Below are positions 29,211 through 38,813 of a stretch of DNA of 38,982 bases, piece by piece. Every line of letters begins with the position of its first letter. Within the stretch, counting starts at the first letter, position 1. The DNA comes from an uncultured Candidatus Saccharibacteria bacterium (GTDB taxonomy: Bacteria > Patescibacteriota > Minisyncoccia > Phycocordibacterales > UBA10002), in the NCBI GenBank assembly GCA_964373775.1, contig CAYJWA010000002.1:1-38982 (forward strand), written 5' to 3'. The translations under genes and the position numbers were made by a program. The notes under the pieces are model-generated. The model ran no database searches and was not told where the DNA came from. It saw only the letters and a list, made by a program, of their open reading frames with translations.

Positions 29211-32200
29211 GTGTTTGTTTTTCGTGTCGGAAAGAACAAGCATGGCTCGTTAAACCTTTCTACTTTTATCATTAGCATTTTTTCTCACACTATGTTCTCT
29301 CCTTTTTTTACGGCGTTGTTGTCTCGTAAAGCGGCAACAACGGGTTTTGCTGTTGCGCGAAGCTGCAGGAAGCGCGCTTTTGGATTATCCGGAGTGTGCT
29401 TTTTTGTTTTTGCGCTCGCCCTTTTATTCGCAGGAGCGGCGCCTGTCCATGCGGCGATTATTGAGCAAGCCCCGGTGATTGACGGGTTCTTTGAGAATAA
29501 TCCGACCATTGGCGGCGGGGCGATTTTGCCGCTCGCCAAGTTCCGGCTCTCGCAGGCAAGCGGTTCGGATACGCTCACCAAAGTCGGCGTAACGCTTGTG
29601 GCGTCCAGCACCATGGCGAATGGTTCCATCTCCCGCCTTTCCCTCTGGAAGGAGTCGGGCACGAAGCCGGGCTTTCAGCTTGATTCCGACACATTTGTTA
29701 CTGGCGCCGCGTCAACCACTGTTACTACTGGATTGCTTGTTGTGCTTCAACCTGGTAACGAGACCCCTGCTGTTGCTGGTACTGAGTATTACATTATCGC
29801 GTCAACCACTGCCGTGTCAGGGCTTACCAACGGCCATGGATTCAATGTGCGTATGGACGCGAACTATGCAAGCACCTCTGCTTTAACCGGGGTCGGAGCG
29901 AATCCGTTTATTTCAAACCGCAAGGTCTCGCTCAATCAAAATGCGACATTGAAGATTAGCGAGGTGAAGATAGGGACGGTCCTGAGTAGCGCCGACGAGT
30001 TTGTTGAACTCTACAACTCCGGCGAGGCAGACATCAATCTCCAAGACCTCCCGCTTGCGGTGCACTCATTCTACGCAAGCGGCAGTTCCACGCCGGGCAT
30101 CCCACTGACCTATTACAAGAAGATTATTCCATCGCACGGTTATTTCCTTATCGCGAGTCAGTCCGGTTACAGCGGAAATGCGCAACCAGATGCAATCTTT
30201 GCCACTTCCACATTCACGGGCATCCTTTTCGCAAATGGCGGACTCTCCATCGCCACCAGCACGGTTGCCGCCTCTGCTACATCCACGGCGATTGACTTTG
30301 TTGGCTGGGGCACCCAGCCCATAACAAGTTGTGAAAACAGCGAGGCAAGCACCACACCATGCGTGCTGACGCTTCTGGAAAATGGCGCGAGCATTGAACG
30401 GCTTGCCACGGGCTACCCCGCGGCATCATCTACCGCCGCTTCTATGGCATCAGGAGGAGTTGATGCTACAAAAGGTAACGGCTTTGACAAGAACTTCAAC
30501 AAGACCGACTTTGTGTTGCAGACCATAGCTAATCCGCAAAACACCTTGAGTCCCGTTGAGTTTCCGTTCGGCGGCGGCGGGACCGACACATCTTCGTTTC
30601 AGGTGCAGGGTTCGTATCCAACAAATGGACAGACAGGCGTTCCCATTGACACGAGATTTTTCGGTTTTAATCTCACGAAGCCGGCCAATGCCGACACGAT
30701 TGCGAGCGTATCTGCGACCACGACAGTAACACTCTTTAAGGTAGTGAATAACGGACCAACGGGCTCAAATCTCTGTTCCAACGTCTTATATAACCCGATG
30801 CCGGGCAGTTTTGAGCCGCAGGTAAAGTGCAATATAACGAGCACCCTAGAGGCAAGCACCTCGTATGTCTTTACAGTAACGAGCGCGGTGCGCGACCTCT
30901 CCGCGAATAATCTTGACCAAGACACATTTTCGCCGGGGAATCAGAATTACGCGGCAACCTCAACCACTGGCGCCGCGGGGCAGACGATGACGAATGTAAC
31001 GCCGCCCTCCGTCATCGGCACTTCTCCGTTCAACGGGAACACCAACATCCCGAGCAACCTCGCTTCTATGGCGGTTGAGTTCTCAACGGACATGAGGCCG
31101 TCCACTATTACCGGCGCAGTGGGAAGCACCACCATTGCTCTGGCAACTTCAGGAGGAACGAGCGTGGCATTTCAGAGTTTCAGTTTCAGCACCTCTACTG
31201 GCAGGAATGTCCTCTCAATGGTTCCCGGGACGCTCGCGGCAAACACGACCTACATCTTGACGATAACGGGAGGCGTCCAGAGCACCAACGGCATAAACCT
31301 CGCAAGTCCTTACTCGTCGCGGTTCACGACGGGCGGAAGCGCCGGTGACACCACAGCGCCGGTGGTCGTCGGAGTCCTGCCGACAAACGCGACTACCATC
31401 GCGGCGAATACCAATGACTTCGTGGTTATCTTTGACGATGCCATGGATGCGTCCACTGCAACAAGCGGCGCGATTACGCTCGCGATTACGAGCGGTCCTG
31501 CCCTTCCCGGCACCGTGCGCTATGACCCTGTGTCCAAAGAGGCGCATTTTGTCCCGAGCAATATCTTGCCGGTCAGCACCGGGCTGACGCTTACCCTGAA
31601 GGGTGCGTCGCTGAAGAATGCTTCCGGAGTGTACCTCGGTTCCAATATCACCAAGACCTGGACTGTTGAAGCGTCAAATACTGACACTACTCCTCCAGCC
31701 GTACTCTATGTCAATGTGGATGAGTTCAGCGTTGCGGTTACCTTTAACGAGGCGGTGAATGCGACTGACGCGACAAACTTGAGCAACTACTCGCTTGTGG
31801 TTGGCGGTCAGACACAGACACCCTCTGCGCTTGCCGGACATACAATTACATACGACGCGTCAACGCGCACTGCCAAACTTTCAGGGCTGCGATTGGCGTC
31901 CGGCGCCGCGGTAACCGCCAGCGTGTCCAATATCAAGGACATCTCCGGAAACAGTATGACTGCGACCGCGGTTTCTTCGGCGACCGTGAACTCGTCAACC
32001 GGAAGCGGCGGCACTGGTGGGTTCGTGGGTCCCGGCTCTTTCACCGGTTCCACCTTTGGAGCGACGACCAATTTTACTTCCGCAGGCATTGGCTTTATGC
32101 CGCCGGTCAACATACGGCCGACCAGTACCTTTATCAGCGCGTCCTCAACATACGCGTTTGAACTCCCGCTCTCCAAGCAGATTAACGCAGGCGGTACCAT

Positions 32201-35200
32201 TGTCATTACCTTCCCGTCAACTTCTGACTTCGGACTTTGCTGCGCCGCAACGACCTCAAGCAAAAATCCGTTTCTCGCGGAGATTAACAAAGACATCAAC
32301 GGTTCTGGAACCGGTACCATCGGCATTCAGACCATTACCAAAGATACGACAGCAAAGACGATTACGCTTACATTGGATACTGCCACGAATTCGGAGGGAC
32401 ATGATTTTCTGCGTTTTTCCCTCGCGGACATGAAAAACCCGTCAATTCCCAAGGGCATTGACAGTTCGGGCTACTCTATTGACATTAAATCCAAGTCGTC
32501 AGCCGGGACGCTCCTTGAGTCATTCAGCGCCAATCCGGTCTATATCACGGGCGGGACTGCGGGAGGCGGCTCCACGACCCAGATTCGCGGCACGGTCTCT
32601 GGAAATGGCGGCAATCTTCAGGGGGTAACGATTCACCTCATGTCTCCGCAGACAGGACCAATGGACGCGACAACCGATTCAAACGGACTCTATTCATTTG
32701 CGGATATTCCAGTCGGCTCGCAATTTCTGACGAATAACTTCGGCGGTGGAAGTGAGTACTACCTCTTCACTGACCCGTTCATCAATCCAACCGGCACATC
32801 AACCGCATTCTTCGGCAACACCATGCCGACTCCGATTCAGGCAACCTCAACATCTCTTTTGACGCGCGATTTTGCGCTGACTGCGACCTCTTCGGCGGTT
32901 AACTTTACGGTAAATCTTACGGCAGCCGCGAATACCTTTTCTTCAACCGAGACAGTTGATGTCTTTGCCGGAGGTCCCGGGCAGTTCGTGGTTCGCACCG
33001 TGACGCCGGGAGCGTCCGCGCTCACCAACGCAGTGCTGACCACGATTCCCATCCCGCAGACGAACGGCAGTTGGGGCGTCGGCATCGGTCCCGCCATGCC
33101 CAAGGGTACGGGAGGCGGTTTTTCTGGACCTCCCACAGCGCCCAACTGGTCCCCGCCGCGACCAATTGAAGTAGTGGTATCAGGGTGTCCGACTGCCTGT
33201 GTCTCTAAAATCGGCGGCACCGCAACGACCTCAAATAACTTTACAATTTCAACGGCCGATAAGAGCATCGTTGGCGTCCTGAAGGACGGAAGCGGTAATG
33301 CGATTGCCAATGCAATGGTCTTCGCCTACTCCGGCGCCAATGGCACTGGCGGTAGCGCACAGACCTCCTCTACTGGCGTCTTTACGGTTAAGGTCGTGAG
33401 CGGCTCGTATGTGCTGGGTGCATTTTCTCCGGGTGTGGGCAAGTCGCGGGAGATTCCTGTCGTGGTGGACTCTTCGGGCAATGTCTTCTTTGACGGTTCC
33501 CAAACCGCATCCGCTTCCTATACGCTCACGATGTCAAAACCGGGTTATACCATTACCGGCCAGGTGACTGACGGCTCAAGCGCGGTCGGAAATGCTCCGG
33601 TCTTCGCCTATCGCACCGACGGATTTGGACGCGCGGACGCAATGAGTGACTCTTCAACGGGCAACTATACGATGTATGTTGATAACGGTACCTGGAAAGT
33701 TAACTCTTTTATTCCCGGATTTGGTCCTATGGATGAACAGACCGTTGTCATCGCAGGCGCAAATCAATCCGGCATCAATTTCGCTCCATCTTCATCGCAG
33801 GCATTCAGCTTGTATTCGGGCAACATCTACGACGACGCGGATAACAACAACATCTTCGCGACATCAACCGAGGGTCTTGTCGGCGCCGTCATCCGGCTCT
33901 CGGGTTCAAGCGGCGTGAATGAAGGGGTCTCGGGCGCGGAGGGCGCGTTCTCTATCCGCGTGAAGTCCGGCAGCGGCTACGCCATTACTGATATCTTCAT
34001 GCCCGGCTATGGCCGCATTGCGCCACTGAACAACGCGGGTACTGCCATCGGCACGCTCAATCTTACGGCCTCCTCAACCAATAACTACATCCGGGTTCCG
34101 AAGCGCAATACCATTACGATTAATGTGAAGGACTCAAGCGGCAACTCGATCAGCGTTAGCAAGGCATTCATTGACCTCTTCAACACGACGACCAAGCAGG
34201 GAACGCATGTAGAGATTACGAGCGCGACCACAACCACCATTCAGGTAGCAACCGGCACATCGCCCACGGTGCGCGCGTATGTGCAGGGCGTGCCGCCGGC
34301 GAATATCTCAGTCGCTTCTGACAGCTCCGGTACCGCGGTCTCAGGCGGCGTTGTCACTGTAGACAACGCGACCGAAGCGATAAAAATCGTCGTGAACACC
34401 GCTTCGGCAAGTTTCTCGCGGGTTCTCGGCACGGTGTACAAAACAGCCGCGACGAGCGGGAACGAACTGGAAGACGCGTGGATTCAGTTCATTGATGAAA
34501 CGAATGGAGTGCACTTCGGGACCCAGGCGACCACTTCCGGCAAGTATGATGTAAGCGCGCAGAATGGCTCGTATCAAGTCATTGTCTCCAAGCCCGGCTA
34601 TATCGGCACCCCGACGACGGTGACGGTTTCCGGTACGACCACGCAGAACTTCATTCTTGATTCGGCGTCGCTGACGATTTCCGGAACGGTAACCGCAGGG
34701 GGAAGTGCGGCCGCTAATGCCTTCGTTCGCGCCGAAAAAGTCGGCGGCGGGCAATCAATCGGGCAGACGAGCACCGACGGCACCTACAGTTTGAGTGTGA
34801 CGGCGGGGACATGGCGGGTCTTTGCGACGGCCGATGGATATTCACAGGGCGCGTCCGCGAGCAACCCAATCACTGTCTCTGGTTCATCGGTAACAGGGAA
34901 AGATGTTGCGCTTTCAACGACGGTCAGCTTGCAATCCAAACTCGCGACCTCAAACACCTTCACTGACACCGCGGCGGGCACCTTTACCGACTCAACCGTC
35001 GGGGTAAATATTGATTTGGATTCAAACGCGCTCGGCTCGGCAGGCAACAATTCGTATATGACGGCGAAGGAGACGAGCAACATCCCGAATACCGCGAGCG
35101 TCAATATTGTCGCGAGCAAAGCAAAAGACATCAATGCGTATTCCGGCGGCTCGCAGGTGAAGAACCTGCAATCCGGCAAGACCGCGACGGTTGACCTCAC

Positions 35201-36692
35201 ATACACCAAGTCAGAACTTGCGGAGACCAGCATTGACACGACGACGGAAGTGGCAAATCTCAAAATGGTCTCCTACAGCGAGGACAAGAAGGAGTGGGAG
35301 GCGCTTTCAACCGTCGCGACATATAAGAGCGACGGCGACGATAACACGGTCGGCACATCCGACGACAGCACGGTAACATCACCCACGGCTTCACTCTCCA
35401 ATGTTGATTATGTCGTCTTTACGGCAGTCGGAACTCACTTCTCGGCTTATGCACTTTCTTCTCCCACAGGCGCCGAGCCGCCCGGCACGCCGGGAAGCGT
35501 TACCGCTACCGCCGGTTCCGGTGTCGGAAGCGCCATCACGATTACCTGGTCCGCGTCCACGAATAATCCGACTGGCTATTATGTCTATCGGAGCACGGAC
35601 AATTCATCGTTTCCCCTGTATGCGACGATCTCAAGCGGCAGTACCTTGACCTACACTGATTCCAATGTCAGCGGCGGGACAACCTACTATTACAAAGTCG
35701 CGGGATTTTCAGACGGCGGTTCACAGGAATCCGCGGCGTCGGCCGCAGTCAATGCCACTTCGGCGACAGCGGGCGGTGGGGGTTCTCCGAGCGGAGGAGG
35801 CGGTGGAGGGGCAAGCTATGGACCACCGCCGCGCGAGCAGAAGATTTATCCAGATGGCACAAAAGTGTATCTGGATGAACTAGGCGCCGCGGCAAAGATT
35901 AAGGAACTGGATGCAAAGTTTGCGAAGACGGTAAGCCCTCTCGCAGCCGCAGCCATAACCGCAAAGACGGTTCCCGCGGAAGCAGTGGCGCAGGCAAGCG
36001 CTGTGGCGCGCGCGGTCTCCCCGGTCTTCAACAAAGACCTGGCGCGAGGAGCGCGCGGCGATGATGTGAAGCGTCTGCAAGAACTTCTGGGAGTTGAGCA
36101 GAGCGGATTCTTTGGTCCACTGACCGAAAAAGCATTAAAGGCGTTCCAAGTGAAGCAGGGTGTTGTCAAGAGTGAGCAGTCAGCCGGGGCAGGGAAGTTG
36201 GGTCCGGCAACGAGGGCAAAGATTGCCGAGGTCTTTGCCGAGACAGCAGCGGTTCCCAGCGCTCCGGCCACGCAAGCGGTAACCGAGGCGGTCGCACAGG
36301 CAGCGGTTGCGGCGCCGTCAATTACGCGCCGTCTTGCCGCGGGTTCGCGCGGAGAAGATGTGAAGGCGTTACAAGCATTCCTTGCGAGCGACAGAAATGT
36401 TTATCCGGAAGGCGAGGCAACCGGTTTCTTCGGAGCCCTTACCCGTAAAGCCGTGCAACGGTTCCAGGAGAAGCACGGAATCGCAAAGCCCGGAGACGAT
36501 GGATACGGCGATGTGGGACCCGCGACCCGCGCGAAGCTCTCGGAACTAAGGGCAGGGGGAACAGCCGCGCCAACTCCGACTTCAGCCGGAGCGAGTCCTG
36601 CAAAAGCAGCCATTGAGAAACAACTCTCTGACGCGCTCAAACAACTGGAAGAGATTCAGAAGCAGCTGAACGCCGTGCTCCCGAAGCCGTAG
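29211..36692 (+). CDS. Giant (about 2470-2493 aa) cell-surface protein: N-terminal signal/anchor, lamin-tail (LTD) domain, several SbsA/Big_5-like Ig domains, multiple CarboxypepD_reg-like beta-sandwich repeats, FN3, and two C-terminal PG_binding_1 domains
   Basis: LTD: ISEVKIGT...DEFVELYNSG. Ig-like: VxGxxPxNGxTxVP repeats. Repeated GxVxDxxGNxxxxAxV...TDxxGxY modules. FN3: ITITWSAS...YYVYRS...TYYYKV. PG-binding: RGDDVKRLQELLG...FGPLTEKALKAFQ, twice. GTG at 29211 follows AAGGGGG; alternative ATG at 29292. Confidence 0.9.
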   Translation: MFVFRVGKNKHGSLNLSTFIISIFSHTMFSPFFTALLSRKAATTGFAVARSCRKRAFGLSGVCFFVFALALLFAGAAPVHAAIIEQAPVIDGFFENNPTIGGGAILPLAKFRLSQASGSDTLTKVGVTLVASSTMANGSISRLSLWKESGTKPGFQLDSDTFVTGAASTTVTTGLLVVLQPGNETPAVAGTEYYIIASTTAVSGLTNGHGFNVRMDANYASTSALTGVGANPFISNRKVSLNQNATLKISEVKIGTVLSSADEFVELYNSGEADINLQDLPLAVHSFYASGSSTPGIPLTYYKKIIPSHGYFLIASQSGYSGNAQPDAIFATSTFTGILFANGGLSIATSTVAASATSTAIDFVGWGTQPITSCENSEASTTPCVLTLLENGASIERLATGYPAASSTAASMASGGVDATKGNGFDKNFNKTDFVLQTIANPQNTLSPVEFPFGGGGTDTSSFQVQGSYPTNGQTGVPIDTRFFGFNLTKPANADTIASVSATTTVTLFKVVNNGPTGSNLCSNVLYNPMPGSFEPQVKCNITSTLEASTSYVFTVTSAVRDLSANNLDQDTFSPGNQNYAATSTTGAAGQTMTNVTPPSVIGTSPFNGNTNIPSNLASMAVEFSTDMRPSTITGAVGSTTIALATSGGTSVAFQSFSFSTSTGRNVLSMVPGTLAANTTYILTITGGVQSTNGINLASPYSSRFTTGGSAGDTTAPVVVGVLPTNATTIAANTNDFVVIFDDAMDASTATSGAITLAITSGPALPGTVRYDPVSKEAHFVPSNILPVSTGLTLTLKGASLKNASGVYLGSNITKTWTVEASNTDTTPPAVLYVNVDEFSVAVTFNEAVNATDATNLSNYSLVVGGQTQTPSALAGHTITYDASTRTAKLSGLRLASGAAVTASVSNIKDISGNSMTATAVSSATVNSSTGSGGTGGFVGPGSFTGSTFGATTNFTSAGIGFMPPVNIRPTSTFISASSTYAFELPLSKQINAGGTIVITFPSTSDFGLCCAATTSSKNPFLAEINKDINGSGTGTIGIQTITKDTTAKTITLTLDTATNSEGHDFLRFSLADMKNPSIPKGIDSSGYSIDIKSKSSAGTLLESFSANPVYITGGTAGGGSTTQIRGTVSGNGGNLQGVTIHLMSPQTGPMDATTDSNGLYSFADIPVGSQFLTNNFGGGSEYYLFTDPFINPTGTSTAFFGNTMPTPIQATSTSLLTRDFALTATSSAVNFTVNLTAAANTFSSTETVDVFAGGPGQFVVRTVTPGASALTNAVLTTIPIPQTNGSWGVGIGPAMPKGTGGGFSGPPTAPNWSPPRPIEVVVSGCPTACVSKIGGTATTSNNFTISTADKSIVGVLKDGSGNAIANAMVFAYSGANGTGGSAQTSSTGVFTVKVVSGSYVLGAFSPGVGKSREIPVVVDSSGNVFFDGSQTASASYTLTMSKPGYTITGQVTDGSSAVGNAPVFAYRTDGFGRADAMSDSSTGNYTMYVDNGTWKVNSFIPGFGPMDEQTVVIAGANQSGINFAPSSSQAFSLYSGNIYDDADNNNIFATSTEGLVGAVIRLSGSSGVNEGVSGAEGAFSIRVKSGSGYAITDIFMPGYGRIAPLNNAGTAIGTLNLTASSTNNYIRVPKRNTITINVKDSSGNSISVSKAFIDLFNTTTKQGTHVEITSATTTTIQVATGTSPTVRAYVQGVPPANISVASDSSGTAVSGGVVTVDNATEAIKIVVNTASASFSRVLGTVYKTAATSGNELEDAWIQFIDETNGVHFGTQATTSGKYDVSAQNGSYQVIVSKPGYIGTPTTVTVSGTTTQNFILDSASLTISGTVTAGGSAAANAFVRAEKVGGGQSIGQTSTDGTYSLSVTAGTWRVFATADGYSQGASASNPITVSGSSVTGKDVALSTTVSLQSKLATSNTFTDTAAGTFTDSTVGVNIDLDSNALGSAGNNSYMTAKETSNIPNTASVNIVASKAKDINAYSGGSQVKNLQSGKTATVDLTYTKSELAETSIDTTTEVANLKMVSYSEDKKEWEALSTVATYKSDGDDNTVGTSDDSTVTSPTASLSNVDYVVFTAVGTHFSAYALSSPTGAEPPGTPGSVTATAGSGVGSAITITWSASTNNPTGYYVYRSTDNSSFPLYATISSGSTLTYTDSNVSGGTTYYYKVAGFSDGGSQESAASAAVNATSATAGGGGSPSGGGGGGASYGPPPREQKIYPDGTKVYLDELGAAAKIKELDAKFAKTVSPLAAAAITAKTVPAEAVAQASAVARAVSPVFNKDLARGARGDDVKRLQELLGVEQSGFFGPLTEKALKAFQVKQGVVKSEQSAGAGKLGPATRAKIAEVFAETAAVPSAPATQAVTEAVAQAAVAAPSITRRLAAGSRGEDVKALQAFLASDRNVYPEGEATGFFGALTRKAVQRFQEKHGIAKPGDDGYGDVGPATRAKLSELRAGGTAAPTPTSAGASPAKAAIEKQLSDALKQLEEIQKQLNAVLPKP

Positions 36693-36741
36693 GAGAAGCG
36701 GTTAGTCCGCCATCTGGCGGATAGCGGTTAGCGTTTAGCAA

Positions 36742-36774
36742 GCAAAATCCTCTGCATGAGGCAGAGGATTTTGC
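36742..36774 (+). terminator. Intrinsic terminator after the giant gene
   Basis: 14-bp stem gcaaaatcctctgc / gcagaggattttgc, loop atgag, T-rich tail. Flanked by inverted CTAAACG-type repeats. Confidence 0.8.
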
Positions 36775-36828
36775 GATTCTTGTCTTTTCTTACTAAACGC
36801 TATACGCTAACCACTAAACGCTTCCCCC

Positions 36829-37575
36829 ATGACTTTCCACATCATCACTCTCTTCCCCCGCGCCTTTGACTCTTACCTCGGAGAGTCCATCTTACAGCGC
36901 GCCATTCTGGACAAGAAAATCAAGGTGAAGTTTTACAACCCGCGCGACTTCGCCGAAGACAAACACAGACGCATAGATCGCGCGCCGTACGGAGGCGGGC
37001 CCGGGATGGTGATTCAAGCGGAACCGGTACTCAAAGCAGTAGAAACTGCTTTGAGAGATTTAAGATTTAAGATTTATGATTTAAGAAAGAAGAAGCTAAA
37101 CACTAAACGCTCTACGCTAAACGTTTTTCCCAAAATCATCTGGCTATCGCCAAGCGGAAAGCAATTTACGAATGAGACCGGTATAAAATTCGCGCAATGC
37201 AGCGACCTTATCATCATCTGCGGGCGGTACGAGGGGATAGACGCGCGCGTGAAAAAAGTTCTACAAGACACGGCACGAATCCGCCGCGGCGGACGAATAA
37301 AATTGGAAGAGATATCAGTTGGACCGTTTGTGCTGACCGGCGGGGAACTGCCCGCAATGCTTCTGATTGATGTAATATCTCGACAGGTAGAAGGAGTGCT
37401 CGGCGACCCTCGCTCGCGCGAGGAGTCGCGAGTCGCAAGTCCGGAAGTGTACACCCGCCCGGAGGTTTTTCTGTATCGCGGAAAGAAATATCGCGTCCCC
37501 AAAATCCTCCTCTCCGGCCACCACCGGAAAATCGACGAGTGGCGACAAAGAAAAAGGAATTTTACGAGCATCTGA
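36829..37575 (+). CDS. trmD: tRNA (guanine37-N1)-methyltransferase, with two in-frame repeat insertions
   Basis: ITLFPRAF, DRAPYGGGPGMV, CGRYEGIDARV, LTGGELPAM and RPEV...VPKILLSGHH. Confidence 0.95.
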   Translation: MTFHIITLFPRAFDSYLGESILQRAILDKKIKVKFYNPRDFAEDKHRRIDRAPYGGGPGMVIQAEPVLKAVETALRDLRFKIYDLRKKKLNTKRSTLNVFPKIIWLSPSGKQFTNETGIKFAQCSDLIIICGRYEGIDARVKKVLQDTARIRRGGRIKLEEISVGPFVLTGGELPAMLLIDVISRQVEGVLGDPRSREESRVASPEVYTRPEVFLYRGKKYRVPKILLSGHHRKIDEWRQRKRNFTSI

Positions 37576-37602
37576 TTCTCGTAACGAGAATCAGATGCTC
37601 GT
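37564..37602. terminator. Perfect 39-nt palindrome spanning the stop codons of convergent trmD and the MFS gene
   Basis: acgagcatctgattctcgt-a-acgagaatcagatgctcgt: 19-bp arms with no mismatch. Confidence 0.85.
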
Positions 37603-38763
37603 GTTCACCTTCTCCATAAGTCCGAAAGCGATGAGGCCGACCAAGATGAGTCCGAGCGCGAGCGAGAGCACTGCGTTCGCGCCAAAGTTCTGCCAGAGTA
37701 AGCCGCCGATGATTCCCGCAAAAAGTACGCCGAAGCCGATGCTTGCATGCAGGAGCCCGTATGCGTTGCCGCGTTCTCCCGCGAGGGTCAGCCGCGCCGC
37801 GAATGAGCGTTGGACCCCGTCCGTGAATGCGTATCCGATGCCGAGGAGTACAAATCCGAACGCGAGCGCGGAGAGCGTGTGGTCGTAAATCATCAAGAGA
37901 TACGCGAGGGCAATCAAGAGATAGCCGCCGAGAATGACGGGCTTATCGCCGACTTTGTCAGCGAGCCGTCCGGCTTTATACGAAAAGAGGGTGTTTGAGA
38001 TATTGAAGAAAAGATAAAAAAGCGGGATAAAACTTATCTCCAGTCCGAGGTCTTGGGTGCGCAAGAGAAGGAGCGCGATGGGGAGATTCGCGAGCGAAAG
38101 AAGGAAGATAATGATAAGGAAGCGCCGGAACTCCTTAGTGTGCGCGGTGAGGCGCAACCGGAGCCGTTTGATGTTTCCCCCTGTTGCGGCGCTTACCTCG
38201 CGGATAAAGGCAAATGAAAAGAGGGCAAGAACGCCAACTACAAATGCGGTAATGAAGACCGTGTTGAATGCTTCCGGCGCTCGCGCGAGAATGAGAAATG
38301 CGACCAATGGGCCAAGAATAGCTCCGGCAGAATCCATGGCTCGGTGAAAGCCGAAACTGCGTCCCAACTGTGCGGAGTTTGCGGAAAGAGAGAGGAGCGC
38401 ATCGCGCGGGGCTTCCCGGATCCCTTTGCCGATTCGGTCCACAATACGAATGCCGAGAATATGCGCAGCCGTGCTGGAAACAAGATAAAACGGGCGCGTG
38501 GCAACAGAGAGCGCGTATCCAAAAAGGGCAAGGGATTTGCGTTGCTCCCATTTATCCGAAAGCCGGCCGGAGATGACTTTTGTTAGATTCGCGAACCCGT
38601 CCGCCACGCCCTCAATGAATCCGAGCGAAGCCGCGCCGGATTTTAAGACCGAGCTGAAGAACGCGGGGAAAACGGAAAGAATCATCTCGTTTGAGAAATC
38701 ATTGAAGAACGAGACGAGCCCCATGAAGAAGACATTTTTTTCTACGCCGAAAAGTTTGCGCAT
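37591..38763 (-). CDS. MFS transporter
   Basis: 390 aa, about 12 predicted TM helices, GRLSDKWEQRK-type loop 2-3 motif. Confidence 0.85.
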   Translation of the reverse strand: MRKLFGVEKNVFFMGLVSFFNDFSNEMILSVFPAFFSSVLKSGAASLGFIEGVADGFANLTKVISGRLSDKWEQRKSLALFGYALSVATRPFYLVSSTAAHILGIRIVDRIGKGIREAPRDALLSLSANSAQLGRSFGFHRAMDSAGAILGPLVAFLILARAPEAFNTVFITAFVVGVLALFSFAFIREVSAATGGNIKRLRLRLTAHTKEFRRFLIIIFLLSLANLPIALLLLRTQDLGLEISFIPLFYLFFNISNTLFSYKAGRLADKVGDKPVILGGYLLIALAYLLMIYDHTLSALAFGFVLLGIGYAFTDGVQRSFAARLTLAGERGNAYGLLHASIGFGVLFAGIIGGLLWQNFGANAVLSLALGLILVGLIAFGLMEKVNTSI

Positions 38764-38807
38764 GCAATACGAATTACGAATAGAATACGAAATACGAATG
38801 GGAGAAC
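38764..38807. repeat. ACGAAT(W) heptamer microsatellite forming the MFS 5' UTR
   Basis: caatacgaattacgaatagaatacgaaatacgaatggg read directly. Confidence 0.85.
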
Positions 38808-38813
38808 AGCGCT

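Noticed and set aside
29211-36692. Diversity-generating retroelement targeting the giant surface protein
   Set aside because: There is no reverse transcriptase gene. I could find no template/variable repeat pair by eye, and no C-type-lectin-like C-terminus (the C-terminus is PG_binding_1).
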